A DNA stretch of 64,000 nucleotides, taken from NCBI GenBank assembly GCA_004431415.1, contig QPMI01000457.1, forward strand, positions 1 to 64,000. The letters are read 5' to 3'. Under the pieces are notes generated by a model. The model was not told where the DNA came from, did no database searches, and saw only the letters and a program-made list of their open reading frames with translations. Positions 50,101 through 62,057 of this stretch are shown here, one piece after another. Source of the DNA: Cyanophora paradoxa CCMP329. Its lineage: Eukaryota; Plantae; Glaucophyta. The translations under genes were made by a program, and so were the position numbers. Every line of letters starts with the position of its first letter. The stretch's first letter is position 1.

Positions 50101-50569
50101 CCCGGTCATGCTCGAGGTCGAGGAGGGAGCGGTTGCATCCCACGCGCTCACCCATGTAATTCTCGAACGCCTTCGCGAACATGGCCTTCGTCTGGCGCGC
50201 GCGCGCGTGTGCCGTGTCGGAGGGACCGGGCGCGGGCGCGGCGGGGGCGCGACGAGAAGAGCGGCGTCGCACCCGCCGCGCGAGGTCTGCGCGCTCTTCA
50301 GGCGTCACCGGCCGCCTGTCGATCGGCGTGCGATGACTCGAGGTCGGCTGAGGCGAAGTGGCTGGCAATGGAGACTCGGACACAACGGGCTGCGAGCTCG
50401 CAGCCGCGTCGCCATCGCCTCCTCCCCGTGCATCCACGGCGCCCGCTGCTCCGTCGCCCGCTTGACCGGCCCCAGCCTCTGCGGACCCAATGCGACTAAC
50501 AACCAGCACCGCGACCAATGCGACTAACAACCAGCGCCGCGCGGCGCCCGGCCGCCGCGAGCCGCGCAT
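47129..50569 (-). CDS. EDEM-like class I alpha-1,2-mannosidase (GH47)
   Basis: Signal anchor [92 protein letters not shown] and FSTEGH. Confidence 0.93.
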
Positions 50570-51497
50570 TCGAGGGGTACAGTTCGCCCTTAGCGCTAGT
50601 GTACCCGTTTTGATGAATGCGGAATTCTGCACGTCGGTTGGGGCGTGGATGAGCCGCGTGACGCGCCACGTCAACTGGAAATGCAACCTCTGTAACGGCT
50701 CCGCATCCAAGTTTCCCATGCAACTTCCTGTGATGAATGTGCCTAGGACCCCTTGCGAAGAATCTCGATCGGTACCAGAATCTCACCGGCGATGGCACGC
50801 ACATGCCATCGATCCCGGATCCGATCGCGATCGCGATCGCCGCGACGGCCAGCCTGCATGCCATGATGGCATGGCCATATGGCCGGTGCGGCGGTGCCCG
50901 GCCGGACCGGGCCGGTTACCGATGAGGAAGCAACCGATCCGGCCTGCCTGCCAGGCTGGCAGTGCCGGCTGGCACGTGCACGTAATCGTGCCACGTATTC
51001 TGTAAAATTGGCAAATCGTTCCGGTCACCGGCACCGAGTGCAATTAATATTTGTGCAATGTCTCGAGCTCTGTTCCAAATATTGATTGCAATTGCCAATT
51101 GCGCACATCGATATCCGATGATCGCGCCGTAATCGCGGCCGCGATCGCGGTCAATCTAGATCATCGGATGTAGCTGACTGTCCAACAGTACTAGTCCAAG
51201 CCATGGCATGCTATTGATGCTGCGCATGCGTAACATTGCGTATGCGGGTGCTGGACCACTGCGCATGCTGCCATGATGCTGGCCATGGACAGTGCGCTGG
51301 TTCAGCTGCGCATCCAGATCAAAGATCTAAATCAATTTCGTCCGACTGCATGCGCTGTACCGTCCTGTGCGCGCGCGTGATCGTCGCGTATACCGGCGGA
51401 TGCGTACGCGTACGTACCACGTATACGTACTACGGTATACTGATGAGATCGGTCGATACCTTCAAGCCTTGAAGGCTTAAGCTCAGCGGCTTGGAAG

Positions 51498-53338
51498 ATG
51501 GGAAGCACGCGCGCAGCAGCACTGGCAGCGGCCGTCTGCAACTGCGCGCGCGGCCTTTCTGTAGACCTGCAGTGCTCTTGTCTCCCTTCTCTGGGCCTTC
51601 TAGATCACTCGGATCGTCTCAAGCTTCTCTTGCCACCGGCGGCGATGTTGAGCGTGGCCACGGGGTCGCTCCCGTCAAGCAGTTACAGCGCGCACCTGTA
51701 CGGGAGCGTGCACGCGTTGGGCGCCTTCGACCTCGGCCCAGCCGCCAGCGCTCCCGTCGGCCCGTACGCATCGGCAAGCCGCCCGCAGCTCGCTGGGATG
51801 CGCCCCCCGACGTCTCCTTATCTGACCGGACCCGCCACCGGTACCGGCGCGACACATGTACATGCATCCGCATCGTTACCGCCGCCCCCCAGCCCGGGGC
51901 GCGCCTGCCGGGCCGGCAGCTGGCCGCTGGGATCGTCTCCAGCCTCCAGTTCCAAGCGCGCCGGAGCCCCTGGCCTCGATGCGGTACCGCGGCCGGTTAG
52001 CGAGCGCGAAGGCGCGAACGGTGACCTGACGCTTGAGCTGTCTCTCTCCCTCGGTGCGATATGCACGTTGCCAGGCGCTTGATCGTGGGCAGCCTCGCCG
52101 CTGACGGCTGACCAGACCGCGTGGGCCGGGCCGCAGGAGACCGGTCCGAGGGCTCGCTGCTCCCCGACGTTTTGCGCATGCGGACGCCGACGGCGCGGGC
52201 GGCTGCGGCGAGTGGCGGGGCCGCCGCGCCGGCCTGCCTCCTCGCCGGGCCCGACGCCGCCTCGGGCCCCTGCCCCGCGCCCCTCTCGCCTCCCCCGAGC
52301 CGCCCCGCCGGCCACCCCTTCGCCACCCCCGCCTCCCCCTGCTCCGCCCCTGCTCCCGCGCCGCCTCCCGCCGCTCCCCCGGCCTCTCCACTTCCCCGGC
52401 CCCAGCCCCCGCTCCCGCCCCCGTCCCCGCCCCCGTCCCCGTGCCGAGCGCGGCGCGCTGCCCGCTGCTGGTGCCGCGCGGGAGCCGGCGGGCGCTGCTG
52501 CCGCCGCTGCCGCGGACCCCAACGCGATCGACTTCCGTGTCGGCCCTCGACGTGGCCGGCCTCCCGCCGCCGCCGCCCCCCGAAGCCCAAGCCGAAGCCG
52601 CGCGCGCGAGCCCGGGTCCCCCGCCGCCAGCGGCCCCGACCCGCCGCCGCGCCTCCTGCGTCGAGCTGGGCGATCGCGAGTCGGCGTCCGGCGGGCCCGC
52701 TCCCGGGCGCGTGTCCGCGCTGCCCCCCAGCTGCTCCTGCTCCTTCCGCATCCTCCTCGCGGACGACCTCAGGGTACCCCGCCCCCTGCGCCCACCCCGG
52801 GTCCTCCCATGCCGCCCCCGTCTCGAATAATCCCCCGCTCCTCAGGTGAACCTGATGCTGGCGTCGCGCATCTTCGGCATGTACGCCCCCCGGGCGGCGC
52901 TGCGGCTCGCGGGGGACGGTGCGGAGGCGGCGGCGGCGCACGCGGCGGCGCTGGAGGCGGGGCAGCCCTTCGACCTCTGCGTGCTGGACCTCCAGATGGG
53001 CGGGCCCGCCAAGGACGGCATCCCCGTGCGCCCCGCCCCGCCCGCCCGGCCCCGGCCCCCTCCGGGATCCAAGCTTCTTCCTGCGCGAAGCTCACGATGA
53101 GACGCTGCCGCAGTGCGCGGAGGCGGTGCGGCGGGCGGAGGCGGCGGCGGGGGCGGCGGCGGCGCGGCTGGTGGCGTGGTCCTCGGCCCTGGAGGGCGAC
53201 GAGGACTGCGCCCTGCGGCTGGCCTGCGAGGCGGCCGGCTTCGACGCCTCCGTCCCCAAGCGCGGGCCCACCCTCCCGCTCCTCGCCGCCGCCCTCTACC
53301 CCCTCCAGCACGCCCACGGCTGCCCCATGTTCGGCTGA
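51498..53338 (+). CDS. Stand-alone response regulator (C-terminal receiver domain) with Pro/Ser-rich N-terminus; start may be 51498 or 51645
   Basis: RILLADDLR|VNLML..AGDGAEA..PFDLCVLDLQM..DGI|..LVAWSS..CEAAGFDASVPK; the DD, phosphoacceptor D, S and K residues are all conserved. Confidence 0.8.
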
Positions 53339-54353
53339 GCGGCGCGCCCGGCCCGGCGGCCCCCATGGCCACGGCGGCGGGCCGCGGATTCCAGTTTTGC
53401 TTTTTTAAATTGTTTCAGTTTTGCGGCCTCGAGCTCGGGTTTCGACTTCTGCAATCGGAACCTGAAGCGTCTACAGCTATAATTATAATTGCTTTACTAT
53501 AGTATACTACAACTAGTCTAATTTATAAAAGGTCGTGGCCTTCAAGCTTTCAATTTTACAGTAGTTCATCGGTCCAGTTCATAGCCAACGATAGACTAGA
53601 TTGCAAGTTGGTATCGACGTCGATCTGTACCGGCGTCCCGTGGGTGTACATGTCCGCAAGTTTCGCGCTGCGGCAACCTGCGCGCGCTCGCTTCATCGAT
53701 ATAAATATCAATTCTAGACTCATTTTCTTGATCATGATCCTGAGATTTCTATGGTCCGAATTTTGACGAGGATCATAGCTATGACATAAGTACTAGTACT
53801 AGTATGGTAATCTGCAGTCCTGTCCAAGTTGCAATTGCGTGCACGTGTAACTTTTCCTTGCCGAGTCAGTTTTTCTAGCCGTCAAATTTCCCGTCAGTTT
53901 GCTGATTTTTATACAGTTTTCATAGCTCGTAGGCCTAGACTGTAGGCCTCGAGCTCAGCTTCGGATGTACAGTCCGGGCACTGGGTTCAGGGTGTGTATT
54001 ATGAGTTCGAGCCAGTGACATGGGATTTTTTCCAATATAATGCATATGCATACTTAAGCTTCCGATCCGAACTAGAGCTTCATCATCATCATCATCATGT
54101 GCACCGTGGCACCTCTGCCTGTGCTACCAGTACAGTGCTCTTAAGCTTCTCAAAGTCGCCCTGGCCGGCGCCCATGCCCAGAGCACCTCGCAATCGAAGG
54201 CAGGGGGGCCCCGGCCGTCGACGTCGGTCTGGAACGTCGTCCGATCCACAATTCGATTTCTTCAATGATCGGCCGCGAACCGGCATCGAACGTTAAAACG
54301 TTTTCTGGTCGACGTCTCGATCTCCGAATTCGGATTCGGATTCGGGCGCTTTG

Positions 54354-54422
54354 TGCTTTTCGCAGCTCAGCGGCTCAGCGGCTAGCGTTGCTTTTCGCAG
54401 CTCAGCGGCTCAGCGGCTAGCA
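54354..54422. repeat. Short direct repeat gcttttcgcagctcagcggctcagcggctagc x2
   Basis: Two near-adjacent identical copies, each with an internal gctcagcg repeat. Confidence 0.85.
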
Positions 54423-54607
54423 ACGGCTCGCAGACTCTAAATAGGCCCTATAGCTAGGCCTGCATGTGATTGGCAGACAAAAATGCAGCCCCAAGTTTCC
54501 AGTGCACGTGCTTGCTTCGGCATCGCCGATCGCGAGTCGAGTATTTCAAGCTCACCAAGTCATGATCACTGAAACGCGCCTCGGGTGGCGGGGTGGGCGA
54601 GGTGGGC

Positions 54608-57600
54608 CTACCCCCCCGCCCCGCCGACGCTGCTGCTCTCGCTCGCACCGTCGTCGTCGTACGGGTCGCCCCCCTCGCCGCTGGCGCTAGCGCTGCTCCC
54701 GTCTGGCTCGCGCTGGCGCTCCCGCCGGCCCCGGCGGCCGCGGCCAGACCGCGGGGAGGAGGAGGCGGTGGCGGAGGAAGAGGAGCGGGGAGAGGAGGAG
54801 GAGGAGCCGGAGGCGGAGGAGCCGGACGAGGGCCGCGGGGGCGGGGCGGGGGCCCCGGCGGGCGGGAGGTCCCACCCGGCCTGCTCGTCCTCCTCGAGGA
54901 ACGAGAGTGCGTCCTCCCCGCTTCCCCCGGACGAGCTCCCCTCGGATTCTGACTCCGGGCCCGGCGGCCCCGCCCCCGCCCCCGCCGCCTCCGGGGGCAA
55001 GCCCCCCTCGCCTTGGCCCGGCGCCCCGCCCCCGCCCCCGAGCCGCTGCACCTGCGCCGCCGCCACCGCCAGCAGCCGCTGCGCGCCCGGGATTCGTCGG
55101 GGGAAGGAGGCGGGATGAAGGGGGCTTGAAGGCGGGGGGGCGCGCGCACCGATCCGACGCGGCGGAAGGTGCGCCCGCTGCCCCTCATGCGCGCGTCCCG
55201 CTGCGGGGGGTACCGAGGTCGGGGGCGGGCCCGCGGGTACCGGTGGGAGGAGGGGCGGGGCCGGGGGCAGACCTCGCGGTCGCGGAGCTCGGCGCGGGCG
55301 CGGGCGGCGGCGGCGGCGGCCTCGTCGCGGCGGCGGCGCTCCGCCTCGCCGCGGGCCGCCCCCGCGAGCCGTGCCAGCGACGCGCGCGCCGCCTCCCGCG
55401 CGGGGTGCGCCAGGCTCCGCGCCACCGACGGGTGCTCCTGCGCCCGCAGAAGATGAGGGAGAGCGGGGGGTGAAGGGATGGAGGGCGGGGCGCACGGCGC
55501 AGAGGCGGGCGACGGCGAAGAGGTCGTGGGCGGCGCGGCGGAGGCCGCGCGAGGCCCCCGCCCCCGCCAGCGCGCCCAGCAGCCCCAGCCTCTGCCCACA
55601 GACGCGTCAGAGGAAGAGGGGAGGATGGAGGGGGCGGGGCGGGGCGGGGCGCGCCGTGAGGGAGGCCCCCGGGGGACGCAGGCGTCGTCGAGCAGCGCCT
55701 CGAAGCGGCGCGCCGCGCGCTGCACGCGGGGCGCCTCGCCGGCCCCGGCGCCCCGAACCAGACGGCCGTCGAGAGGGCGCCACGCAGCTCGGCCCCGCTC
55801 ACGCGCGCCTCCTCCCCGGCACCTTCCCCGCTCCCGTCCCCGCCCAGCAGGGCCACGCAGTGGCGGAGGGCGTCGGCGAGGGCGTAGGCCGCGCGCCCCA
55901 GCGGCCCCGCGCGCCCCCGCGCCCAGTCCACGCCGCTCGCATCCCGCCGCGCTGGGCCTCCTGCCCCCGTGGCTCCTCCGAGTCCGCGGGCCGGGGCGGC
56001 GGGGTTGGCGCCTCGCTTTGGGCGCGGGGCGGCGTGGCGGGGCGCTCGTCGTCTGACGGGCCGCCGGGGGGCACGAGGGGCGGGCGGGGCCCGGCGGGGA
56101 GGCGCGCGTAGGCCTTGGGGCCGCCGGGCGCCGCGGGGGCCGCCAGGAACCACGCGAGGGCGTCCGGCACCGGCGCGGCCGGCTCCTCCGGCGGCGGCGG
56201 CGCCTCGCCCGAGTCGAGGAAGGGCCGCAGGAGCGTCGGGCCGCGCCGCAGAGCCGACGCGGGGCGCGCCGCCGCCGCCGACGAGGGGCGCGAGGCGGCA
56301 GCAGAGGCCGGGCGGGAAGCCGCGGAGGCGGGGCGGGATGCGGCCGACGCGGGACGGGAGGCGGCCGACGCGGGGCGCGCGGCGGCGGCTGAGGTGGGAC
56401 GGGAGGCGGCGGCCGAGGTGGGGCGGGAGGCGGGGTGTGAGGCGGCCGAAGCGGGGCGGGCGAGGGCGGCAGGGGAGGCTACGATGGAGAGGTCGAGGGC
56501 GGAGGCGGCGCTCGGGGCCGCGCGGGGCCCCGCCCCAGGTGGAGGAGGCGGCAAGCGAGCCCTCGAGGGCGGAGGGGGGTACGGGCTGGCGCCCGGGCGG
56601 GGGAGGGAGCGCGCCGAGGCGGCGCTCGCGGGCCGCCGGGGTGCGCTGGCGGCCGGCGCTGGGGCGGCGGGTGCCTCCGGGGCGGGCTCGGGTGGGGCGG
56701 GGGACTCGCGATCGAGGGAGGGCGCACCGGGCCGGGCGGAGGAGGGGCGCCGGGAGGGCAAGTAGGAGAAGGAGGCGGACTGGGGCATGGTCCGGGCGCG
56801 GGGCAGGCCGGAGGGGTACATGGCCCCTCGCTGCCGGCGCGGGCGCCGAGGGCCGAACCGGCGGTTGCGGCCGGGGGGGCGGGGCGGAGGCGGGCCGGGG
56901 AGGGGCCCGAGGGGGAGGGGGGTACGGGGCGCCGGAGGTCGTCGGGCCCCACGGCGAGGAGGGCGGTGGAGCGGGCGGCGGGCCCGAGGGCGAGGGCGGC
57001 GGCGGCGGCGGCGGCCTCGGCGCTGGCGCGGCGGGCGAGGCAGGCGAGCACGCCGAGGGCCGGGCCCGAGCGCGGCGCTCGCGCCGCCTCGTCGGCCACT
57101 GCGGCCGCCGCGGCGCGGGCGGCGGCGAGGGCGGCGGCGGCGCGGGGCGGCGGGGCGCCCCGCAGCGCCGCCGCCGCCCCCGCCGCCTCCAGCGCCTCCG
57201 CGAAGGCCCCGCCGCCGAGCCGCGGCCCGCGCCGGGGCGACCTGCTGCGCCTTCTGCCGCACGGTCGGGGCGCCCGGCGGGGCCGAGGAGGGCCGCGTGA
57301 CGCGCCGGGCCGCCGGGGCGGCCGGGGCCGCGGGGGCGGCGGCGAGGTCCGGCGGGGGGAGCGCCCCGGCGGAGGGCACGTTCACGAGCAGCCGCTGCGG
57401 GGCCGGCGTGGGGGCCGCGGCCGGCGCATCCGGGCGGAGGGGCGCCGACGCCGGGCGGGCCGCGCGCGGGGCGGGCGGAGGGGGGACGGGGGGACGGCGG
57501 GGTACGCGACGGGGGCGGCCCAGCGGGCGGAGAGGGGCGCGGCGCCGTCGGGGAGGGGGCGGCCGCGGGGGCGAACGAGAGAGCGGCCGGGGCCGGGGCG

Positions 57601-60600
57601 GGCGGGGCGGGGGCGGACGAGGAGGAGGCGTAGGAGAGGAAGGACTCGAGGGACTCGGGGGGAGGCGGGGCGGCGCGCCCCGCGTGCGCCCAGGCCGGCG
57701 GCAGCGCCGGCTTCCCGGAGGAAGCCGCCGCCGCGGCGAGGGGCGGAGCGGACCACGCGGGCGCCGACGCCGAAGAAGCCGGAGGCTCCGGGGCAGCGAG
57801 AGGGGCCAGGAAAGGGTTCACAGCAGGCGCCGCGGAGGCAGGCGGAGCGGGGACGGCGGGCGGGGCGGCCGCAGGGGCCGCGGGCTGCAGCGCCGGGGCG
57901 GGACGGGGCCGGACGCGGGGTCGGGAGAGGGGGCAGGTGGAGCGGGGTACGTGGGGGCCGCCGCGGGAGGCGGAGGAGGTCCCCGAGGCGGACGGGCGCC
58001 CCGAGTCGGGGCGCTCGCGCGGGGAGAGCAGGGAGAGGGGCGGCACGTCCGGCGGGGCCGGCGCGGCGCCGTGCCCCTCGGGGCGCATGGCGAGGATGCC
58101 GCCGACGGGGCCGGCGGCGCCGTGCGCGGAGGCGGGGAGGGAGACGGGGGCGAGTTGGGGGAGGAGACCTGCCAGCGGGCGAGGGCCCCCGACCGGGGCG
58201 TCCCCACCGCCGACATGCCCCGCTGCCCCGCCCCCGCCGGCTGTGCGGCCGCCGGCGGGGCCGGCGGGGCGGCTGCGGCGGCGCCGGGGCGGCGGCGGCG
58301 GCGGAGAGGATGGCAGCGATGCTCGACTGGACGCGGGACCAGTCCTCGTCGGGGGCCCCGCCCCCGCCGCCGCCGCCGCCTTTGGGGCCGCCCCGCCCCG
58401 CGAGCCCGCCCCCGCCCGCTGCGCCGCCGGCGCTGGCGCCGGCCCCGACGGCAAGCGGGCCTTGCCCGAGGCACCCCGGGGGGCCTCCTTCGGCTCCTTC
58501 GTCGACCCCGCCTCTCCGGCGGGCGGCGCGCCCCGCCGGAGGTCGGAGGCCGAGGCCGCCGGCCGGGCCGCCGCCGGCGCCGGCGCCGGGTCGGGCGACC
58601 GCCGGCCGCGCCACTGGGGCGACTTCGGCTCCTCGGCCGGCACGCGGGGCGTCTTGGCCTCTTCCCCCCTCGCGCGGGGCGTCTTGGGCTCGTCGCCCTT
58701 GGCGCGCGGCGTCTTGGCCTCGCCCTTGGCGGCGCGGGGCGTCTTGGGCTCCTCCCCGCGGGCCCGCGGCGTCTTGGCCTCCGCCCCTTTGCCGCCCGCG
58801 GCGTCCTGGGGTCCTCCCCCCTGGCGCGGGGCGTCCGCGGCGTCTTGGGCGCGTCCCCCTCCGTCCTGCGGCGCGCCCGGGCCGTGGCCGAGCCGTCCCC
58901 GCCGGGAGAGCGCGCCGAGAGGCTCCCCTGGCGGTCGAGCGGCCGCTGCGGCCCGTCTGCGACCCGTCCTCGCTGTCCCCTCGCGGCGCCCTGCGCGCCG
59001 CGCGTCAGCCGCGGCTCGGCCCCAGCGTTCGGACGCGCCGCTCCCTGGGGTCGAGCCCGCGGGCCATCGCCTGCACCGCCTCCAGCAGCTCCGCCGCGTC
59101 GGAGGCGGTCGCCGCCCTCGCCCCCGCCGGAGCCGCCCCGGCGCCCTTGGCAACCGCCGCGAGGCTGAAGCTCAGCGTCCGCGGCGCCCTCTTCGCCGGC
59201 CGCGGGAGCTCCGGCCCCGCCCCGGCCCCGGCCCCGGCCCCTCGCCCTCCGCGCGGGGCGTCACGGCCTGCCACCGCCCCCGCCGCGCCTCCGCCTCCGC
59301 CTCGCCCCGCGGGCCGTCCGCCGGTCCCGCGCGCCCCGGCGAAGCCCGGCCCCCGCCCGCCCCCGCCTCGTCCTCCGTTACGGTCTCCTCCTCCTCCTCC
59401 GCCTCCGACGCCTCTGCCGCCGCCTGCGCCGGGGGCGCCGGGGAGGAGAGTGCGAGGCACGCCGTGCTCGACACCCCGGCCTCGTCGAACTGGGGGGTAC
59501 TTCAGCCTCAGAGCCGGGGCAGCGAGGGCGGGAGGGCGGCGCGCGCCTCGAATCCCGCGTCGGAGGCCTCCAGGCCGCCCGGCGGCTCGCCCTCACCCTC
59601 GCCGTCCAGTGTGCCCTCGTCGTCTCCGTTGACAGCCGCGCCGGCCGCCTTCGCGTCTGCGGCCGACGCGTGAGCCGCCGCTCAGGACGGGGACGAGAGC
59701 GGCCCGCACAGAGGCGCGAGACGGCGTCCGCGCCGGGGGCCTCTCCCGCCGGGAGCCTGCCGGGCCGGTCAGAGGAGGCGTGTGTGCGAGGCGCGCGCCC
59801 GGAGGAGGACGCACGAGCCGGCGGCGCGCTCGGCGAGGAGGGCGGCGCGCAGGGCGGAGACGAAGCGCCAGCCGCCGAGCAGCCGCCCGTACCACCGGCT
59901 CCGCCCCCTGCCCCGCCGCCCCCTCAGGCCCCCGGGGCGGTGCAGGTGCGAGGAGGGTACCAGTTCGGGGAGCTGAAGCGGAGGCTCCCGGTGAGGGGTA
60001 CGCGGGGCACCCCCTTCCTCCGCTTAGAGGCGAACTTGTGGTTCACCTGAATGGAGGGTTACGGGGGTGAAGGGGGGGGGAGGGGGGGGGTACGTTGACG
60101 CGCCTTCTCGGAGACGCGCACGCGGCCGTCGTCTGATTCGTGGAGCGTCCAGCGGCGGCCCGTCCAGTACAGCGCGCAGCCGGGGAAGACCGCTGCGCCG
60201 AAAACGTCGGGCGGGGGGGGGAGGAAGGGAGTGGGCCAAAGGGGGAATCAGGGGGTACGCGGGAGGGCACCGTCAACGGCTTTGAGGATGACGCAGCCGC
60301 GCTCGCCGTCCCAGGTTCGAATCCCGGCGTACAGGCAGTCGAAGAAGTCCCGGTACTCTGAAGGGGGGGAAGGGGGGGGGAGGGGGGGGGGGCTAAGTGG
60401 AGGGGACGGTGACGTGGGCAGGCGGCGGGGCGGGCTGCAAGCAACCGTCCAGGTCGATGCGCTCCTGCGGGGGCGGGGCGTGAGACAGCGCGGGGGAGCG
60501 CGGCGGGCGGCGGGCGCACGGTCCACATGTCTGCGAGCTGCAGCAGCGAGTCCTGGAGGGGGGCGCCTCAGCGCCGGCCTCGAGGGGCGGGGGCGGCCGG

Positions 60601-61250
60601 CAGACCCGGAACTGGTAGCGGTCCATGGTGCTGCGGCCCCCCGCGTCCTTGTGCCAGTCCGCCTGCGGAGGGCGTGAGATGGGGCGGCCGCGGCGCGCGG
60701 GGCGGCGGGCAGGGCGCGCGGCGGCGAGGTCCTCGGCCCTCTGCGCGTGCGCCGCCCAGTCCTCCGCGGCGTCGTGCAGCGCCCGGTAAAGGACGCGGTT
60801 CAGCTGGAGGCAGTCGGCCTGTGCACGCGCACTCTCTCGTTCAGCGAATTCGAACCGGCCGGCGCAGCGAGCGCGCGGGCGTGCCTGGCGAAGCCTCCCG
60901 TCTTTGCTGCAGAGCCTCCAAAGCTGCGCTGTGATTCAGGGAACGAGTACGCGCGGGGCGCGGCGAGCAGGACGTCGGGCCTGGTTAAGAATTGACACAA
61001 CGACGGGATCGAACTTGATCGCCTCGCGCTGCAGAAGAACGCGGTCCTCCACCTCTAGCTTTCCCACGGGCGCCTCAAGCTTTCCTTCCGGCACGACTTC
61101 CGGCAGGGTCGGTCTGCGAGCTCTGGCTGCATGCGATGCCGCGTCAGCAGTTGTGATGCTCATGGACGCAGAACGCTGCAGCTTTGGCTGCGCAGCTGGC
61201 GCCGGCACTGCTGCCGGCGGGCCGCCCCTGCGCGGCAGGGTCCTGAACAT
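54608..61250 (-). CDS. Large hypothetical protein: unrecognised globular N-terminus, then Pro/Ala/Ser low-complexity region with KTPR and RPASAA repeats (possibly two genes)
   Basis: ATG 61250 (MFRTLPRRGG). Exons with LNRVLYRALHDAAEDW and EYRDFFDCLYAGIRTWDGERGCVILKAVD, long open minus frames at 55185-59153, and a helical C-terminal part ending near 54608. Confidence 0.55.
56250..56470 (-). repeat. 21-nt coding tandem repeat (R-P-A/T-S-A-A-A/S) x about 9
   Basis: Translates as RPASAASHPASRPTSAAASRPTSAAAARPASAASRPASAASRPASAASRPASAAASRPSSAAAARPAS. Confidence 0.85.
58618..58790 (-). repeat. 30-nt coding tandem repeat (E-A/P-K-T-P-R-A..) x5-6
   Basis: ggcgtcttgg recurs at a 30-nt period; translates as EAKTPRARGEEPKTPRAAKGEAKTPRAKGDEPKTPRARGEEAKTPRVPAEEPKSP. 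Confidence 0.85.
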
Positions 61251-62057
61251 TCTTTAAATTTGGCTCGGTGCCTGCAAGACTGCAGCTGAGCTATCTGTGC
61301 ATATCCGCCATGATTAAGCTAACGCCGTGCCCACGGGCCGGCTCGGCGTCGCAAGCCCGGGCCGGGGCTCGCTATGGGCCTAAGGCCAAACTTGAACTCA
61401 AATTTGATCCCCGTACGTATACGTATACGTATGCGTAGGAGCCCCGGGCCCCGGCCCGTCGAGGAAAGAGGGCACCCCAGACACTGTAACTGAGAACATA
61501 CCATAATGGGACACCACCGAGTTGAGCGAACTCTCAGTCCATCACTGCGCATGCCATTTATTACTGTACTGAACTGTCTGAACACGGACAACGCCCGAGC
61601 GGCCAACACTCATCAAACTCGCACGTTTTCTGAACCTACCATCTACAACTACGAGTCTAATAGTAGATTTGCTGGAGCTGCACGATAGTCCGGCAACAAG
61701 TTTAAACTCTGCAACATGCGCGAAGCATGCATGAATCGGCTAAGATTATACGAGACTGACGAAAGTATTCTGTAGAAACTGCTTACTACTCTAATGTACT
61801 GCTGTGCTAAACTGGTCCTTTACATCGCCAGAGAAGAAGGGCGCGGGCGCCTCTTCTCTGAAACCAACGAAGTGCCGAAAACCCCGACAATAACGCCCAA
61901 GCGAAACAGCCAAAGCGAAGAGAACACTGATGAGAAAAACCATACGAAGAAAACGATGGCTTTTGGAAGGAGGCTCAGAGCGCGGACGCGCCGGCGCCCG
62001 TGCCTCCGGCGCAGCGCGGAGCTGGGGCCCCTCCGCCCCGAGCCCCGCGCCCTCCAT

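Noticed and set aside
54080-54098. (CAT)6 encoding a His6 run in ORF 53994-54296
   Set aside because: A simple microsatellite in lower-GC intergenic DNA; the ORF lacks an ATG start and coding bias, and there is no vector sequence.
55185-59673. Very long overlapping ORFs in several frames (e.g. 888 aa and 793 aa on +)
   Set aside because: Stop codons are rare at this GC content; these R/G/A/P-rich translations are shadow frames of the minus-strand gene.
60285-60340. tRNA T-loop-like sequence GGTTCGAATCCC at about 60314
   Set aside because: No acceptor stem, D-arm or anticodon arm could be built, and the segment is the antisense of a coding exon (LYAGIRTWDGE).
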